From contig JARFQU010000035.1 of the NCBI GenBank assembly GCA_029287595.1, positions 88-64,087 of the forward strand: a DNA stretch of 64,000 nucleotides. Direction: 5' to 3'. The stretch comes from Halioglobus sp. (GTDB taxonomy: Bacteria > Pseudomonadota > Gammaproteobacteria > Pseudomonadales > Halieaceae). Below, piece by piece: positions 30,468-41,921 of this stretch. The notes under the pieces were generated by a model. That model was not told where the DNA came from. It was given only the letters and a program-made list of their open reading frames with translations, and did not search any database. Both the position numbers and the translations under genes were made by a program. The number at the start of each line of letters is the position of its first letter. Positions within the stretch are counted from its first letter, which is position 1.

Positions 30468-31937
30468 ATGCTGCGCATTGCCCAGGAAGCCCTCACTTTT
30501 GATGATGTCCTGTTACTGCCCGGATATTCCGAGATCATCGCCACGGAGGTATCCCTGCGCACGCGGCTAACCCGGGAAATCGAGCTGAACATACCTCTGG
30601 TCTCAGCGGCCATGGATACGGTGACCGAGTCGCGTCTGGCTATCGCCATGGCCCAGGAAGGCGGTATCGGCATCATCCACAAGAGCATGAGCCTGGAGGA
30701 ACAGGCGGAGCAGGTGCGCAAGGTCAAGAAGTTCGAAAGTGGCGTGGTCAAGGACCCGATCACCATCCAGCAGTCGGCCACCATCGCGGAATTGATCGAG
30801 TTGACCAGTGCCCACGGTATCTCCGGAGTGCCTGTGCTGGACGGCGGCGACCTGGTGGGTATCGTTACCCGCCGCGATCTGCGCTTCGAATCCAACCCCC
30901 AGAAACTGGTGTCCGCGATCATGACCCCGCGGGAGCAGCTGGTCACGGTGAAGGAAGGAGCCGGTTCCGAGGAGGTGCAAGGCCTGTTGCACAAGCATCG
31001 TATTGAAAAGATCCTGGTAGTAAATGATGCCTTTGACCTGTGCGGCATGATTACCGTCAAGGACTTCGACAAGGCAGAGAGCTTTCCCCACGCCTGCAAG
31101 GACTCCTACGGGCAGCTCCGGGTAGGTGCCTCGGTGGGAACGAGTCCGGATACCGATGACCGGGTGGAAGCGTTGGTGCGCGCCGGCGTGGATGTGCTGG
31201 TGGTGGATACCGCCCACGGGCACTCGCGCAACGTCATCGAGCGGGTCAGGATGATCAAGGCGAATTATCCCTCCATTCAGGTCATTGGCGGCAATATAGC
31301 CACGGGTGCCGCAGCGGTGGCCCTGGCGGACGCCGGCGCAGATGGTGTGAAAGTTGGCATTGGTCCGGGCTCCATCTGCACCACACGTATTGTGACCGGT
31401 ACCGGTGTGCCGCAGATCACTGCCATTGCCAATGTCAGCGAGGCACTGCGCAACCGGGGCATTCCGCTGATTGCCGATGGCGGAATCCGTTTCTCCGGGG
31501 ATGTCGCCAAGGCCCTGGTGGCGGGGGCGCACTCGGTGATGATGGGCAGCATGTTCGCCGGAACCGAAGAAGCGCCGGGCGAGGTTGAGCTGTACCAGGG
31601 GAGAACGTATAAATCCTACCGCGGTATGGGCTCCCTGGGCGCCATGTCCCAGACCCAGGGCTCCTCAGACCGCTATTTCCAGGACGCCAGCAAAGGGGCG
31701 GAAAAACTGGTGCCCGAGGGTATCGAGGGCCGCGTGCCCTATAAGGGCCCGGTGTCCGCCATCGTGCACCAGCTCATGGGTGGCGTTCGTTCCGCCATGG
31801 GCTACACCGGCAGTGCCGACATGGAAACCATGCGCACCCGGCCGGAATTCGTGCGTGTCACCGCGGCCGGTATGTCCGAGAGCCATGTCCACGACGTTTC
31901 GATCACCAAGGAAGCACCGAACTATCCTGTTCGCTAA
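30468..31937 (+). CDS. guaB: IMP dehydrogenase
   Basis: [21 protein letters not shown], a CBS pair, catalytic loop [11 protein letters not shown] and GGIRFSGD. Confidence 0.97.
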   Translation: MLRIAQEALTFDDVLLLPGYSEIIATEVSLRTRLTREIELNIPLVSAAMDTVTESRLAIAMAQEGGIGIIHKSMSLEEQAEQVRKVKKFESGVVKDPITIQQSATIAELIELTSAHGISGVPVLDGGDLVGIVTRRDLRFESNPQKLVSAIMTPREQLVTVKEGAGSEEVQGLLHKHRIEKILVVNDAFDLCGMITVKDFDKAESFPHACKDSYGQLRVGASVGTSPDTDDRVEALVRAGVDVLVVDTAHGHSRNVIERVRMIKANYPSIQVIGGNIATGAAAVALADAGADGVKVGIGPGSICTTRIVTGTGVPQITAIANVSEALRNRGIPLIADGGIRFSGDVAKALVAGAHSVMMGSMFAGTEEAPGEVELYQGRTYKSYRGMGSLGAMSQTQGSSDRYFQDASKGAEKLVPEGIEGRVPYKGPVSAIVHQLMGGVRSAMGYTGSADMETMRTRPEFVRVTAAGMSESHVHDVSITKEAPNYPVR

Positions 31938-31952
31938 CCCCCGGGTACCAGC

Positions 31953-33530
31953 ATGAGCGCAGATATACACTCCCAGAAAATCCTGATTCTGGATTTCGGT
32001 TCCCAGTACACCCAGCTTATTGCCCGCCGGGTGCGGGAGGTGGGGGTGTACAGCGAGATCCGCGCTTTTGATGTGACTGAACAGGAGATTCGCGATTTCG
32101 CTCCCAGGGGCATTATCCTCTCAGGGGGTCCGGAATCCGTAGCCGCCGATGCTTCGCCGCGCGCCCCGGCCTGTGTTTTCGAGTTGGGCGTTCCGGTGTT
32201 GGGTATCTGTTACGGCATGCAGACCATGGCGGAGCAATTTGGCGGTAAGGTCGCCGGTTCCCACGTCAGCGAGTTTGGCTATGCCCAGATACAGCTGGTA
32301 GCCACAGGCGGGCTGCTGCATGACATCCGCGACCACATAGACGAGCAGGGTAATTCCCTGCTCGATGTCTGGATGAGCCATGGCGACAAGGTGGTGGAAT
32401 TGCCACCCGACTTTGAATTGATCGCTGCCACTGACAGTTGCCCTATCGCCGGCATGGCGCACCGCGACAAACCCTTTTACGGCATCCAGTTCCACCCGGA
32501 AGTTACCCACACCCTGCAGGGCAAGCGTATCTTTGAACATTTTGCCCTGGAGCAGTGTGGCTGCGAGGCCCTGTGGACCCCCGCCAATATTGTCGAGGAC
32601 GCGATTGCCCGGGTACGGGACACGGTAGGTGGCGACAAGGTACTGCTGGGTTTGTCCGGTGGCGTGGACTCATCAGTGGTGGCCGCCCTGTTGCATCGCG
32701 CTATCGGCGACCAACTCACCTGTGTCTTCGTGGACAACGGCCTGTTGCGCCTGCATGAAGGCGATCATGTGATGGACATGTTTGCCCGCAACATGGGGGT
32801 CAAGGTCATACGCAGCGATTCTCAGGAGCTCTTTTTGGGCAAGCTGGAGGGCGTCTCCGACCCTGAAGAAAAGCGTAAGGTTATAGGTAATACCTTCATC
32901 GAGGTATTCGATCAGGAGGCGGCCCGACTCACCGGGGTGAAGTGGCTGGCCCAGGGGACGATCTACCCCGACGTGATTGAGTCAGCCGGCGGCAAAACCG
33001 GTAAGGCCCACGTGATCAAGTCGCACCACAACGTCGGTGGCTTGCCGGACGATATGAGCTTTGAACTGGTGGAGCCACTGCGCGAGCTGTTCAAGGACGA
33101 GGTGCGCCAGATTGGCCTGGAACTGGGGCTGCCCTACGATATGGTCTACCGGCACCCCTTTCCCGGTCCCGGCCTGGGTGTGCGCATCCTGGGTGAGGTG
33201 AAAAAGGAATATGCCGACCTGCTGCGTCTGGCCGATGCTATTTTTATCGAGGAACTGCACCGGGAAGGGTACTACCAGAAAACCAGCCAGGCGTTTGCTG
33301 TATTCCTGCCAGTGAAGTCCGTGGGTGTGGTGGGCGATGGTCGGCGCTACGAGTACGTGATTGCCCTGCGCGCGGTAGAGACCATCGATTTCATGACTGC
33401 CCGCTGGGCGCACCTGCCCTACGAACTGCTGGAGCGTTGCTCCAATCGCATCATTAACGAGATCTCCGGGGTTTCCCGGGTGACCTACGATATCAGCAGC
33501 AAGCCGCCCGCCACTATCGAGTGGGAGTGA
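31953..33530 (+). CDS. guaA: GMP synthase (glutamine-hydrolysing)
   Basis: GATase GICYGMQ, PP-loop SGGVDSSV and the C-terminal PPATIEWE. Confidence 0.97.
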   Translation: MSADIHSQKILILDFGSQYTQLIARRVREVGVYSEIRAFDVTEQEIRDFAPRGIILSGGPESVAADASPRAPACVFELGVPVLGICYGMQTMAEQFGGKVAGSHVSEFGYAQIQLVATGGLLHDIRDHIDEQGNSLLDVWMSHGDKVVELPPDFELIAATDSCPIAGMAHRDKPFYGIQFHPEVTHTLQGKRIFEHFALEQCGCEALWTPANIVEDAIARVRDTVGGDKVLLGLSGGVDSSVVAALLHRAIGDQLTCVFVDNGLLRLHEGDHVMDMFARNMGVKVIRSDSQELFLGKLEGVSDPEEKRKVIGNTFIEVFDQEAARLTGVKWLAQGTIYPDVIESAGGKTGKAHVIKSHHNVGGLPDDMSFELVEPLRELFKDEVRQIGLELGLPYDMVYRHPFPGPGLGVRILGEVKKEYADLLRLADAIFIEELHREGYYQKTSQAFAVFLPVKSVGVVGDGRRYEYVIALRAVETIDFMTARWAHLPYELLERCSNRIINEISGVSRVTYDISSKPPATIEWE

Positions 33531-33730
33531 CCGATAAATTGCGCAGCAATGGAGTCGCACATCGGGAGCTGATCCCCGAGACGATTCAGAGTGCCAAACG
33601 GTTGAGGTTTTTACCCCACGCTTGATACGGGTCAATCAGGTGGGGCTTGCTCCGTGGTAGTCTTGAGGCGCTGAGGGGTCAGTGTGGTCGAGGTTTCCCG
33701 CTCAATGACGACATCCCGGAGATAGAGGTT

Positions 33731-34207
33731 ATGAACAAAGTTATTGGTTTGTTTCTGGCTACCGCAATGCTTGGCCTCGCCGCCTGCGATACCGGACCAA
33801 AAGGTTCTCTGGGTTTTTCCCTGCCGGATGGCAATGCGGAGAAAGGTAAGGCGAACTATGTCAGTTTTCAGTGCCACAGCTGTCATGACATCAACCAGGT
33901 AGCTCAGCTGAAAGAGGATGGGTCAGCGGCGGTCAGCATTCCTCTGGGTGGAGAGACCACACGAATAAAAAGCTACGGCGAGCTGGTGACGTCCATCATC
34001 AACCCCTCCCACAAAATCGTCAGGAGAAAATCGCCAGGCATGACCACCGAACTAGGCGAGTCGCGCATGGTGGTTTACAACGATGTGATGACGGTCACCC
34101 AGTTGATCGACCTGGTAGCCTTTGTGCAATCCAGCTATGTATTGGCGCCATATAATCCCTCCCACTATCCGGTTTATTGGGTGCCTGAGACCCCCAAGGA
34201 CAACTGA
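33731..34207 (+). CDS. c-type cytochrome lipoprotein (single CXXCH)
   Basis: MNKVIGLFLATAMLGLAAC lipobox and heme motif FQCHSCHD. GAGG lies 3 nt upstream of ATG 33731. The track start 33647 is an upstream extension. Confidence 0.75.
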   Translation: MNKVIGLFLATAMLGLAACDTGPKGSLGFSLPDGNAEKGKANYVSFQCHSCHDINQVAQLKEDGSAAVSIPLGGETTRIKSYGELVTSIINPSHKIVRRKSPGMTTELGESRMVVYNDVMTVTQLIDLVAFVQSSYVLAPYNPSHYPVYWVPETPKDN

Positions 34208-34226
34208 GTACCCGGTCCCGGCAATC

Positions 34227-34252
34227 GAGTCACAAGTTCCCACTTGTGACTC
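34227..34252. other. Perfect 11-bp stem / 4-nt loop palindrome after the cytochrome gene (terminator-like hairpin or operator)
   Basis: gagtcacaagt-tccc-acttgtgactc. No U-tract follows. It contains TCACA/TGTGA half-site-like pentamers. Confidence 0.4.
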
Positions 34253-34429
34253 ACGCAGTATTTGTGATGCTGCACAAACATGCGCCTCCCCGGAACGTAA
34301 AACTCAAACCCTTGCTAAAGAGGCGGGAGGGCAGCACCAATGCCTACTGGGATATTGGCTGGGCCTACAATATAGTGGGTGTCGCTGCATCAATGGAACA
34401 ACGGTAAACCTATCCACCGAGGGTTTTAC

Positions 34430-35839
34430 ATGAGTACAAGTGACCTGCATTACGCGCGTATCACCGATATCGCCGGGCTTATGGCGCGTCGGGAGCTTTC
34501 ACCCGTTGAGTTGACGGCGCATATGCTGGAACGTATCTCGGTGCTGGATAGCCAGCTCAACAGCTATCAGACAGTGATGGCAGAGCAGGCCATGGAGGCG
34601 GCGGCGAAAGCCGAGTCGGAGATCGTATCAGGCCGCTACCGCGGGCCTTTGCACGGTATTCCAGTGGCGGTAAAGGATCTCTGCTTTACACGCGGTGTGC
34701 CTACCCGGGGCGGACTGGCCGTACTCAGGGACTTCGTCCCGGACTATGATGCGACCGTTGTTGCGCGTCTGGAATCCGCGGGTGCCATCCTGCTGGGCAA
34801 ACTCAACCTGACCGAGGGGGCGATGGCGGGCTACCATCCGGATTTCAAGATCCCGGTGAATCCCTGGGGGAGCGATCTCTGGCCGGGGGCTTCGTCCAGT
34901 GGCTCTGGTGTTGCTACTGCCGCGGGCCTGTGTTTCGCCGCCCTGGGAACGGATACGGGCGGATCCATTCGTTTTCCCGCGATGGCCAATGGTGTCGTCG
35001 GCCTCAAACCTACCTACGGCAGGGTAAGTCGCCACGGTGTGCTGGATCTGGGGGAAACACTCGACCATGTGGGGCCTCTTGCCCGGGGCGTAGAGGATGC
35101 GGGGCTGGTTCTCGTTGCTATCTCGGGCCAGGATAACGCCGATCCGACCTCGCTACCGGCACCATTACCGGATCTTTCGGATATCGGCGCCGGTGTCGCA
35201 GGTTTGCGGATCGCTTACGATTCAGAATTCGCCAGCCAGGGTTCTGACCCCGAGCTTGTTGCATCCATTGAAGCCGCGTTGGCATTACTGGAATCCCTTG
35301 GTGCCATTGTCGTGAATGTCAAGGTGCCCGACGAGATACTTGGCCTTGGGGAGCTGTGGTTCCTCATCTGCACCTATGAAGCCCATCGGGCTCATGCGTC
35401 CAACTACCCCTCCCGGCGCGAGGAGTATGGCGGCTATTTTGGTGACTTTCTTGAGATTGGTGCGGCTGTCACCGACGCGCAGTACCACGATGCCATGGCC
35501 GCAAGGCGTGACTTCAGTGAGCGCTATGAGGCGGTTCTGGCCACGGTAGATGCAATGCTGTGCCCGGCGGGTGGGATAACCATGCCCGTAGCCGCTGATC
35601 AGTACGGTGGACTGGAAACACTGGCGCCCCTGTTTGGCCGGATACAGATGCACTTCACCATCCCGGACAACTTCGCCGGCACGCCAACACTTACGCTGCC
35701 CTGCGGCCGGGGTAAAAGCGGTATTCCCCACGCCATGCAGCTCGTTGGCAAGGGGCTGTCGGAGGCTACGCTATGCCGTATAGGCCGGGCCTATGAAGCG
35801 GCAACAGACTGGCACCAACGCCGGCCGGCGTTGTCTTGA
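34430..35839 (+). CDS. Amidase-signature family amidase
   Basis: GIPVAVKDL and [14 protein letters not shown] (amidase signature Ser-cisSer-Lys region). ATG 34430 ([13 protein letters not shown]) is chosen over the track's 34379. Confidence 0.88.
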   Translation: MSTSDLHYARITDIAGLMARRELSPVELTAHMLERISVLDSQLNSYQTVMAEQAMEAAAKAESEIVSGRYRGPLHGIPVAVKDLCFTRGVPTRGGLAVLRDFVPDYDATVVARLESAGAILLGKLNLTEGAMAGYHPDFKIPVNPWGSDLWPGASSSGSGVATAAGLCFAALGTDTGGSIRFPAMANGVVGLKPTYGRVSRHGVLDLGETLDHVGPLARGVEDAGLVLVAISGQDNADPTSLPAPLPDLSDIGAGVAGLRIAYDSEFASQGSDPELVASIEAALALLESLGAIVVNVKVPDEILGLGELWFLICTYEAHRAHASNYPSRREEYGGYFGDFLEIGAAVTDAQYHDAMAARRDFSERYEAVLATVDAMLCPAGGITMPVAADQYGGLETLAPLFGRIQMHFTIPDNFAGTPTLTLPCGRGKSGIPHAMQLVGKGLSEATLCRIGRAYEAATDWHQRRPALS

Positions 35840-35852
35840 GTTGGCTGTAAAC

Positions 35853-36323
35853 GTGGAAATATCCGTTGAGGAGCACGAACATTGGATGCGCCGCGCCCTG
35901 GCGCTGGCCGATCGTGCCGCCAATGAAGGCGAGGTGCCGGTAGGCGCCGTCGTGGTGCAGGGAGGTCAATTACTGGGGGAGGGCTGGAACCAGATGATTG
36001 CCGCACAGGATCCCACGGCCCATGCGGAAATCGTGGCCCTGCGCGATGCCGCCCGTGTCGCCGGCAACTACCGCTTGCCCGGCGCCACGCTGTACGTGAC
36101 CCTGGAACCTTGCACCATGTGTGCCGGTGCGATGATTCATGCGCGTATTGAGACACTGGTGTTCGCCGCGCAGGAGCCCAAAGCAGGGGTGGTATGCAGT
36201 ACCTGCAGCATGCTGGATGAGCCGCGCTACAACCACCGGATCAACTGGCGCGGCGGTATCCTGGCGCAGGACAGCAGTTCCCGCCTGCAGGCATTTTTCC
36301 AGGCTCGTCGCCAGGGGCTATAA
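35853..36323 (+). CDS. tadA: tRNA adenosine(34) deaminase
   Basis: EEHEHWMRRALALADRA aligns with E. coli TadA SHEYWMRHALTLAKRA. Zinc motifs HAE and PCTMCAG are present. GTG 35853 is preferred, with ATG 35886 as the alternative. Confidence 0.9.
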   Translation: MEISVEEHEHWMRRALALADRAANEGEVPVGAVVVQGGQLLGEGWNQMIAAQDPTAHAEIVALRDAARVAGNYRLPGATLYVTLEPCTMCAGAMIHARIETLVFAAQEPKAGVVCSTCSMLDEPRYNHRINWRGGILAQDSSSRLQAFFQARRQGL

Positions 36324-37748
36324 AGCGCGCAAACTGAGATTACTCAGTGCCGCTGGCAGGTAGTCCTGCGCCCGCAATGGCGGCAACACCTTGTTCTGCT
36401 GTATATCCTGCCACTCCAGAATGCTGTAGTAGTGGCGAATGTTTTGCACGTAGGTTGCCGCTTCCTTGCCGCGGGCATAACCGTGGCGGGTGTTCTGGTA
36501 GTGCTTGCTCTTCTGTAACAGGGGCAGGTGCGTCATCACATCCTGCCACAGGTGGGGGTCGCCCCCGTGGCGTTCGGTAATAACCCTGGCGTCTTCCAGG
36601 TGTCCCATGCCGATATTGTAGGCCGCCAGGGCCATCCAGGTGCGGTCCGGTTCGTAGATGTCATTGGGCAGGCGCCGTTTGATATTTTTCAGGTAGCGCG
36701 CCCCGCCGCGCAGGCTTTGTGCGGGATCCAGACGATCTTTGACGCCCATTTCCCGGGCGGTGGGCAGGGTCAACATCATCATGCCGCGCACTCCGGTGGG
36801 GGAGGCGGCCTGTGGATCCCAGTGGGATTCCTGGTAGGCGATGGCGGCCAGCAGGTGCCAGTCCAGCTGGTATTCGGCGGCGACCTGCTTGATCAGTTTG
36901 CGATAGGGCGGCAGCGATTTATGCATATTGCGGGTAAAGGTGTGTGAGCCGATACGCGATACCCCCTGGCTGTGTCCGAAATATTCCTCGCGCATTTTCT
37001 CCAGGGTGCCATCGGACTGCAGGCGTGCGATGAACTGGTCAATGCGCTGCAGCAGGCGTTCGTTGTCTGTTGTGGGTGGCAGGTACCAAACCATGTCCTG
37101 CTCCTGGCCCAGGTCGAAAGCGACCTTTAACCGGGGATAGAGGCTCTGCTGCACGTCGAACTCATTGGAGTCGATAATCGCCAGCTCCGCCTCTCCCGCA
37201 TTGACCAGCTCCAGCAGTTCCATGGAGTCAACTTCGGAAATTTCTCGCCATTGCAGGTCGGGATAGCCTTCCTGTCGCAATGCGCTCAGGGTTTGCGCGT
37301 GGCTGGAGCCGGCCAGTACCACGATGGACATGCCCACCAGATCCTCCACCTTGCGCGGCTTGTAAGTGCCGGCGACATAGACGACCTGTGGCTTGAGACG
37401 GTAATACCCCTTCGAGTGGGGATACGTCGCCTGTCTCTTCTCGGTCAGGGTCAGCCCCGCCGCGGCAAAATCAGCTTCCTGTCGTTGCAGGTGTTCAAAC
37501 ACACCGTCCAGGCTGAAGGCCGGCTTGATAGTCAGCTCCAACTCCAGTTCCTGTGCCAGCAGGCCCGCAAGGGCGTATTCGAAGCCGGTGGGCCCGCTCT
37601 TGTCCTGGTAGTAGGTGGTGGGACTGAAACGGCTGACCACGATCAACTCGCCCCGGGACTCGATACGCGCCAGGCTGTCGTGCTGCTCACACCCACCCAG
37701 CAGCGCTAGCGCGACCGTAGCGGTGAGAGTCAAAAGCAAACGTTTCAT
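36318..37748 (-). CDS. mltF: Membrane-bound lytic murein transglycosylase F
   Basis: Signal/lipoprotein-like N-terminus, a periplasmic-binding-protein-like domain, and an SLT domain with AIAYQESHWDP (catalytic Glu). The conserved tadA-mltF-purL neighbourhood supports the call. Confidence 0.92.
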   Translation of the reverse strand: MKRLLLTLTATVALALLGGCEQHDSLARIESRGELIVVSRFSPTTYYQDKSGPTGFEYALAGLLAQELELELTIKPAFSLDGVFEHLQRQEADFAAAGLTLTEKRQATYPHSKGYYRLKPQVVYVAGTYKPRKVEDLVGMSIVVLAGSSHAQTLSALRQEGYPDLQWREISEVDSMELLELVNAGEAELAIIDSNEFDVQQSLYPRLKVAFDLGQEQDMVWYLPPTTDNERLLQRIDQFIARLQSDGTLEKMREEYFGHSQGVSRIGSHTFTRNMHKSLPPYRKLIKQVAAEYQLDWHLLAAIAYQESHWDPQAASPTGVRGMMMLTLPTAREMGVKDRLDPAQSLRGGARYLKNIKRRLPNDIYEPDRTWMALAAYNIGMGHLEDARVITERHGGDPHLWQDVMTHLPLLQKSKHYQNTRHGYARGKEAATYVQNIRHYYSILEWQDIQQNKVLPPLRAQDYLPAALSNLSLRAL

Positions 37749-37903
37749 GGCAACTATTCTAGCGTCCGCCCTGCGGTCAGTCGAAGGGCACTATTACCAT
37801 GGCAAGCGGCGTTAATTTCGGCTATCTGCGCTTAACGCCGGGGCGTCAAATAAAGTACAATGTCGCCTCTCAAAATCCACCTCCTTCTGGAGCTTTCCTG
37901 AGT

Positions 37904-40900
37904 ATGCTAACCCTGCGCGGCGCCCCCGCCCTGTCAGCCTTTCGCCTCGATAAGCTGGCGCAGAAATTCTCTGCAATTCATCCCGAAATACAGCTTTTGT
38001 GCCCGGAGTATCTGCACTTTGCCGAGTTGCTGGCCCCGCTGGAGCCTGCGCGCCTGGAGATTCTCAACAGTTTGCTGACCTATGGTCCGGCACCCGCCGC
38101 GTTGCCTGAAGACAAGATGGCGCGTGCCGCTTTACTGCTGGTCGTGCCGCGGCCGGGAACGATTTCTCCCTGGTCCAGCAAGGCGACCGATATCGCACAT
38201 AACTGCGGTCTGCATGAGATAGAGCGCCTGGAGCGCGGTATCGCCTGGTACTTCCTGCTGCCGGGTGATATCACCGGGGAGCAGACGGTGGCACTGCGAG
38301 CCCTGGTGCACGACCGCATGACCGAGTCGGTATTCGACTCCGTGGATGCGGCGCAGCAACTGTTCAGCCATGCCACGCCCGCGCCGATGGAGTCGGTAGA
38401 CGTGCTGGTCGGCGGGCGCGATGCCCTGGCGGCGGCCGACAGTAAGCTGGGCCTGGCATTGGCCGGGGACGAAATCGATTACCTGGTAGAGAGCTTCACA
38501 GCGCTGGGTCGCAACCCCAACGACGTGGAATTGATGATGTTCGCCCAGGCCAACTCGGAACATTGCCGGCACAAGATATTCAACGCCAGTTGGAGCATCG
38601 ATGGCCAGCAGCAGGAACATTCGCTGTTCAAGATGATTCGCAATACCCACGAATGCGGCGGCGAGAATGTGCTGTCGGCCTATTCCGATAATGCGGCCGT
38701 GGTGGCCGGTCACGTGGCGGGGCGTTTCTACCCGGATCCTGAGACTTGCGAATACGGCTTCTCCCAGGAGGATATTCACCTGCTGATGAAGGTGGAAACC
38801 CATAATCATCCTACGGCCATCGCGCCTTTTCCGGGGGCGGGTACCGGCTCCGGGGGTGAAATCCGCGATGAAGGTGCGGTGGGGCGGGGCTCCAAGCCCA
38901 AGGTGGGACTGACCGGTTTTTCTGTTTCCAACCTCAATATACCCGGCTATGAACAGGCCTGGGAGAGCCATTACGGCAAGCCCGGTCGCATCGTTTCGGC
39001 ACTGGATATCATGCTGGAGGGGCCTATAGGTGGTGCTGCCTTCAACAACGAATTCGGGCGCCCCAACCTGTGCGGCTATTTTCGCAGCTTCGAAATAACC
39101 GCCCCCGGGGTGAACGGCGACGAAGTGCGGGGCTATCACAAGCCCATCATGATCGCCGGAGGCTACGGCAATATTCGCCAGGAGCATGTGGAGAAGGGAG
39201 ACTATCGCCCTGGTGCCAAACTTATTGCCCTGGGCGGCCCCGCCATGCTGATCGGCCTGGGGGGCGGTGCGGCTTCTTCCATGGCCAGCGGCCAGAGCGC
39301 CGAAGACCTGGATTTTGCCTCGGTGCAAAGGCAAAACCCGGAAATCGAGCGCCGCTGCCAGGAAGTGATAGATCGCTGCTGGCAGTTGGGCGAGGATAAT
39401 CCCATCGCGTTTATCCACGATGTGGGCGCCGGCGGCCTGTCCAATGCCTTTCCCGAACTGGTGAAAGACGGTGGCCGCGGCGGTCGCTTTGAATTGCGCA
39501 ATGTGCCCAATGATGAGCCGGGCATGTCACCGCTGGAAATATGGTGTAACGAATCCCAGGAACGGTATGTGATGGCGGTTGAGCCGGAGAACCTGGCGCG
39601 CTTTACAGCCATCTGTGAGCGCGAGCGCTGTCCCTTCGCCGTGGTGGGTGAGGCCACCCAGGAGTTGCATCTCACCTTGACTGACAGCGAGTTCGATAAT
39701 GCCCCGGTAGACCTGCCCATGTCGGTATTGTTCGGCAAGGCGCCGCGCATGCACCGGGAGATACAGCGCAGCCCGGTGGCACATCGTGCGCTGCAACTGG
39801 ATATCGATGTAGGGCGCGCCACCGAGCGTGTTTTACAGCTGCCGGCTGTCGCCAGCAAGAGCTTCCTTATTACCATCGGGGATCGCACGGTTACCGGGAT
39901 GGTTGTTCGGGACCAGATGGTGGGGCCCTGGCAGGTACCGGTGGCCGACTGTGCGGTGACCACCGTGTCCTATGATTCCTTTGCCGGTGAGGCAATGGCC
40001 ATGGGGGAGCGCACGCCCCTGGCACTGGTAAATGGACCGGCCTCCGGGCGCATGGCGGTGGCCGAGGCCATTACCAATATTGCCGCCACGGCCATTGCGA
40101 AGATAAGCGACATCAAGTTATCGGCCAACTGGATGTGTGCCGCTGGCTACGGTGGCGAGGATGAAGCCCTCTACGATACGGTGCGCGCGGTGGGTATGGA
40201 GTTTTGCCCGGAACTGGGGATTACTATTCCGGTGGGCAAGGACTCCATGTCCATGCGCACCACCTGGCAGGACGGTGACGCGCACAAAGCGGTGACCGCC
40301 CCTATGTCACTGATCGTCTCGGCGTTTGCGCCGGTGAGCGATGTCCGCCTCACCGTGACTCCCCAGCCGCAGGTGCGTGAGGACGCGTCCCTGGTATTAC
40401 TGGATCTGGGGCGCGGCGCCAATCGATTGGGCGGCTCTGCCCTGGCCCAGGTGTGTGGCCAGTTGGGTGACAGCGTGCCCGATTTGAGCAAAGCGAAGGA
40501 TCTCAAGGCGTTTTTCAGCCTGGTGCAGGAACCCCTTGCCGCCCGGACTCTGCTTGCCTATCACGACCGCTCCGATGGGGGCTTGCTGGTCACTCTGGTG
40601 GAAATGGCCTTCGCGGGCCACTGCGGCCTGGAGATCGACCTGGGCTCGCTGCAAGGCGATGACCTGTCCCGGCTGTTCAATGAAGAGGCGGGCGCTGTGT
40701 TGCAGGTCGCAGACACCGACCTTCCAGCATTGCAAGCCAGGGCTGGCGAACTGGGCCTGGGGGATTGCTGCCATGTGCTTGGCCGGGCGGTCCCTGGGGA
40801 GCAATTGCGTATCAGCGACACGGGGAATGTGTTGCTGGATGACACCCGCTCGCGCCTGCAGCAGCTGTGGGGACGCACCAGCTACGAAATCCAGGCATTG

Positions 40901-41800
40901 CGTGACCATCCCGAGTGCGCGCGGGAAGAATATCAACGTATTACTGCGACTGACCCCGGCTTTTCCGCCCACTTGAGCTTTGACCCCCGGGACGACATCA
41001 GCGCACCTTATATCAATACCGGTGTGCGCCCGCCGGTCGCCATACTGCGAGAGCAGGGCGTCAACGGCCATGTGGAGATGGCGGCGGCCTTTCACCGCGC
41101 CGGCTTTGCACCCTACGATGTGCATATGAGCGATATTCTCAGTGGCCGTCGCGACCTGGAACAGTTCAAGGGGCTGGTAGCCTGCGGCGGTTTTTCCTAT
41201 GGCGATGTGCTGGGCGCCGGCGAGGGCTGGGCCAAGAGCATCCTGTTCAACGAGGGCGCGCGAGAGCAGTTCAGCCAGTTTTTCCAGCGCGATGACAGTT
41301 TTACCCTGGGAGTATGTAACGGTTGCCAGATGGTCTCTACCCTGCGGGACCTGATTCCCGGCGCCGGGCACTGGCCCCGCTTCGTGCGCAACCGCTCGGA
41401 ACAGTTCGAGGCGCGACTGGCCCTGGTAAAGGTGGAGTCCAGTCCCTCTGTGTTGCTGTCGGGTATGGCCGGCTCGCACCTGCCCATCGCTGTGGCCCAT
41501 GGCGAGGGGCGCGCGGAGTTCTCCAACGAGGGGGCACTGGGAGATTGTGAGGCCAGTGGCACGGTGGCGCTGCGCTACATCGAAAATGATCTATCGGTGG
41601 CCTCGCGTTACCCGGCCAACCCCAATGGTTCCCCCGCTGGTATCACCGGGATGAGCAGCCTGGATGGCCGAGCCACTATCATGATGCCCCACCCGGAACG
41701 GGTATTTCGCACGGTGCAGAATTCCTGGGCGCCGGCAGAGTGGGGCGAGGATGGCGGCTGGTTGCGCCTGTTCCGCAATGCCCGGAAGTGGCTGGGATAG
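37904..41800 (+). CDS. purL: Phosphoribosylformylglycinamidine synthase (large single-chain)
   Basis: 1298 aa from [21 protein letters not shown]-synthase-related repeats and a C-terminal GATase with GVCNGCQ. The track's 37799 start is a spurious extension. Confidence 0.97.
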   Translation: MLTLRGAPALSAFRLDKLAQKFSAIHPEIQLLCPEYLHFAELLAPLEPARLEILNSLLTYGPAPAALPEDKMARAALLLVVPRPGTISPWSSKATDIAHNCGLHEIERLERGIAWYFLLPGDITGEQTVALRALVHDRMTESVFDSVDAAQQLFSHATPAPMESVDVLVGGRDALAAADSKLGLALAGDEIDYLVESFTALGRNPNDVELMMFAQANSEHCRHKIFNASWSIDGQQQEHSLFKMIRNTHECGGENVLSAYSDNAAVVAGHVAGRFYPDPETCEYGFSQEDIHLLMKVETHNHPTAIAPFPGAGTGSGGEIRDEGAVGRGSKPKVGLTGFSVSNLNIPGYEQAWESHYGKPGRIVSALDIMLEGPIGGAAFNNEFGRPNLCGYFRSFEITAPGVNGDEVRGYHKPIMIAGGYGNIRQEHVEKGDYRPGAKLIALGGPAMLIGLGGGAASSMASGQSAEDLDFASVQRQNPEIERRCQEVIDRCWQLGEDNPIAFIHDVGAGGLSNAFPELVKDGGRGGRFELRNVPNDEPGMSPLEIWCNESQERYVMAVEPENLARFTAICERERCPFAVVGEATQELHLTLTDSEFDNAPVDLPMSVLFGKAPRMHREIQRSPVAHRALQLDIDVGRATERVLQLPAVASKSFLITIGDRTVTGMVVRDQMVGPWQVPVADCAVTTVSYDSFAGEAMAMGERTPLALVNGPASGRMAVAEAITNIAATAIAKISDIKLSANWMCAAGYGGEDEALYDTVRAVGMEFCPELGITIPVGKDSMSMRTTWQDGDAHKAVTAPMSLIVSAFAPVSDVRLTVTPQPQVREDASLVLLDLGRGANRLGGSALAQVCGQLGDSVPDLSKAKDLKAFFSLVQEPLAARTLLAYHDRSDGGLLVTLVEMAFAGHCGLEIDLGSLQGDDLSRLFNEEAGAVLQVADTDLPALQARAGELGLGDCCHVLGRAVPGEQLRISDTGNVLLDDTRSRLQQLWGRTSYEIQALRDHPECAREEYQRITATDPGFSAHLSFDPRDDISAPYINTGVRPPVAILREQGVNGHVEMAAAFHRAGFAPYDVHMSDILSGRRDLEQFKGLVACGGFSYGDVLGAGEGWAKSILFNEGAREQFSQFFQRDDSFTLGVCNGCQMVSTLRDLIPGAGHWPRFVRNRSEQFEARLALVKVESSPSVLLSGMAGSHLPIAVAHGEGRAEFSNEGALGDCEASGTVALRYIENDLSVASRYPANPNGSPAGITGMSSLDGRATIMMPHPERVFRTVQNSWAPAEWGEDGGWLRLFRNARKWLG

Positions 41801-41921
41801 CCCGGCCGTAGGAGCGGTAAGAGGACAACCCGGTAATCGGCCTTGTGGCCCACCACCGATTCCTTATAATGACGCACTTTTTGACGGGTACACACTATGC
41901 GCCCCCTGCTAGAGCAACACT

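Noticed and set aside
37799-37903. Upstream extensions of track ORFs (purL 37799, dsbC 14193, nudL-like 5793, cytochrome 33647, amidase 34379, hscB 48968, iscX 51709, ndk 52178, bamB 58257, tadA 35793).
   Set aside because: The extensions overlap upstream genes or add non-homologous residues. Internal starts with an SD and N-terminal homology to known orthologues are preferred.
38132-41500. Long minus-strand ORFs inside purL (38132..39418, 39202..39963, 40397..41500).
   Set aside because: They are antisense shadows of a well-supported 1298-aa purL. No motifs and no independent start signals.
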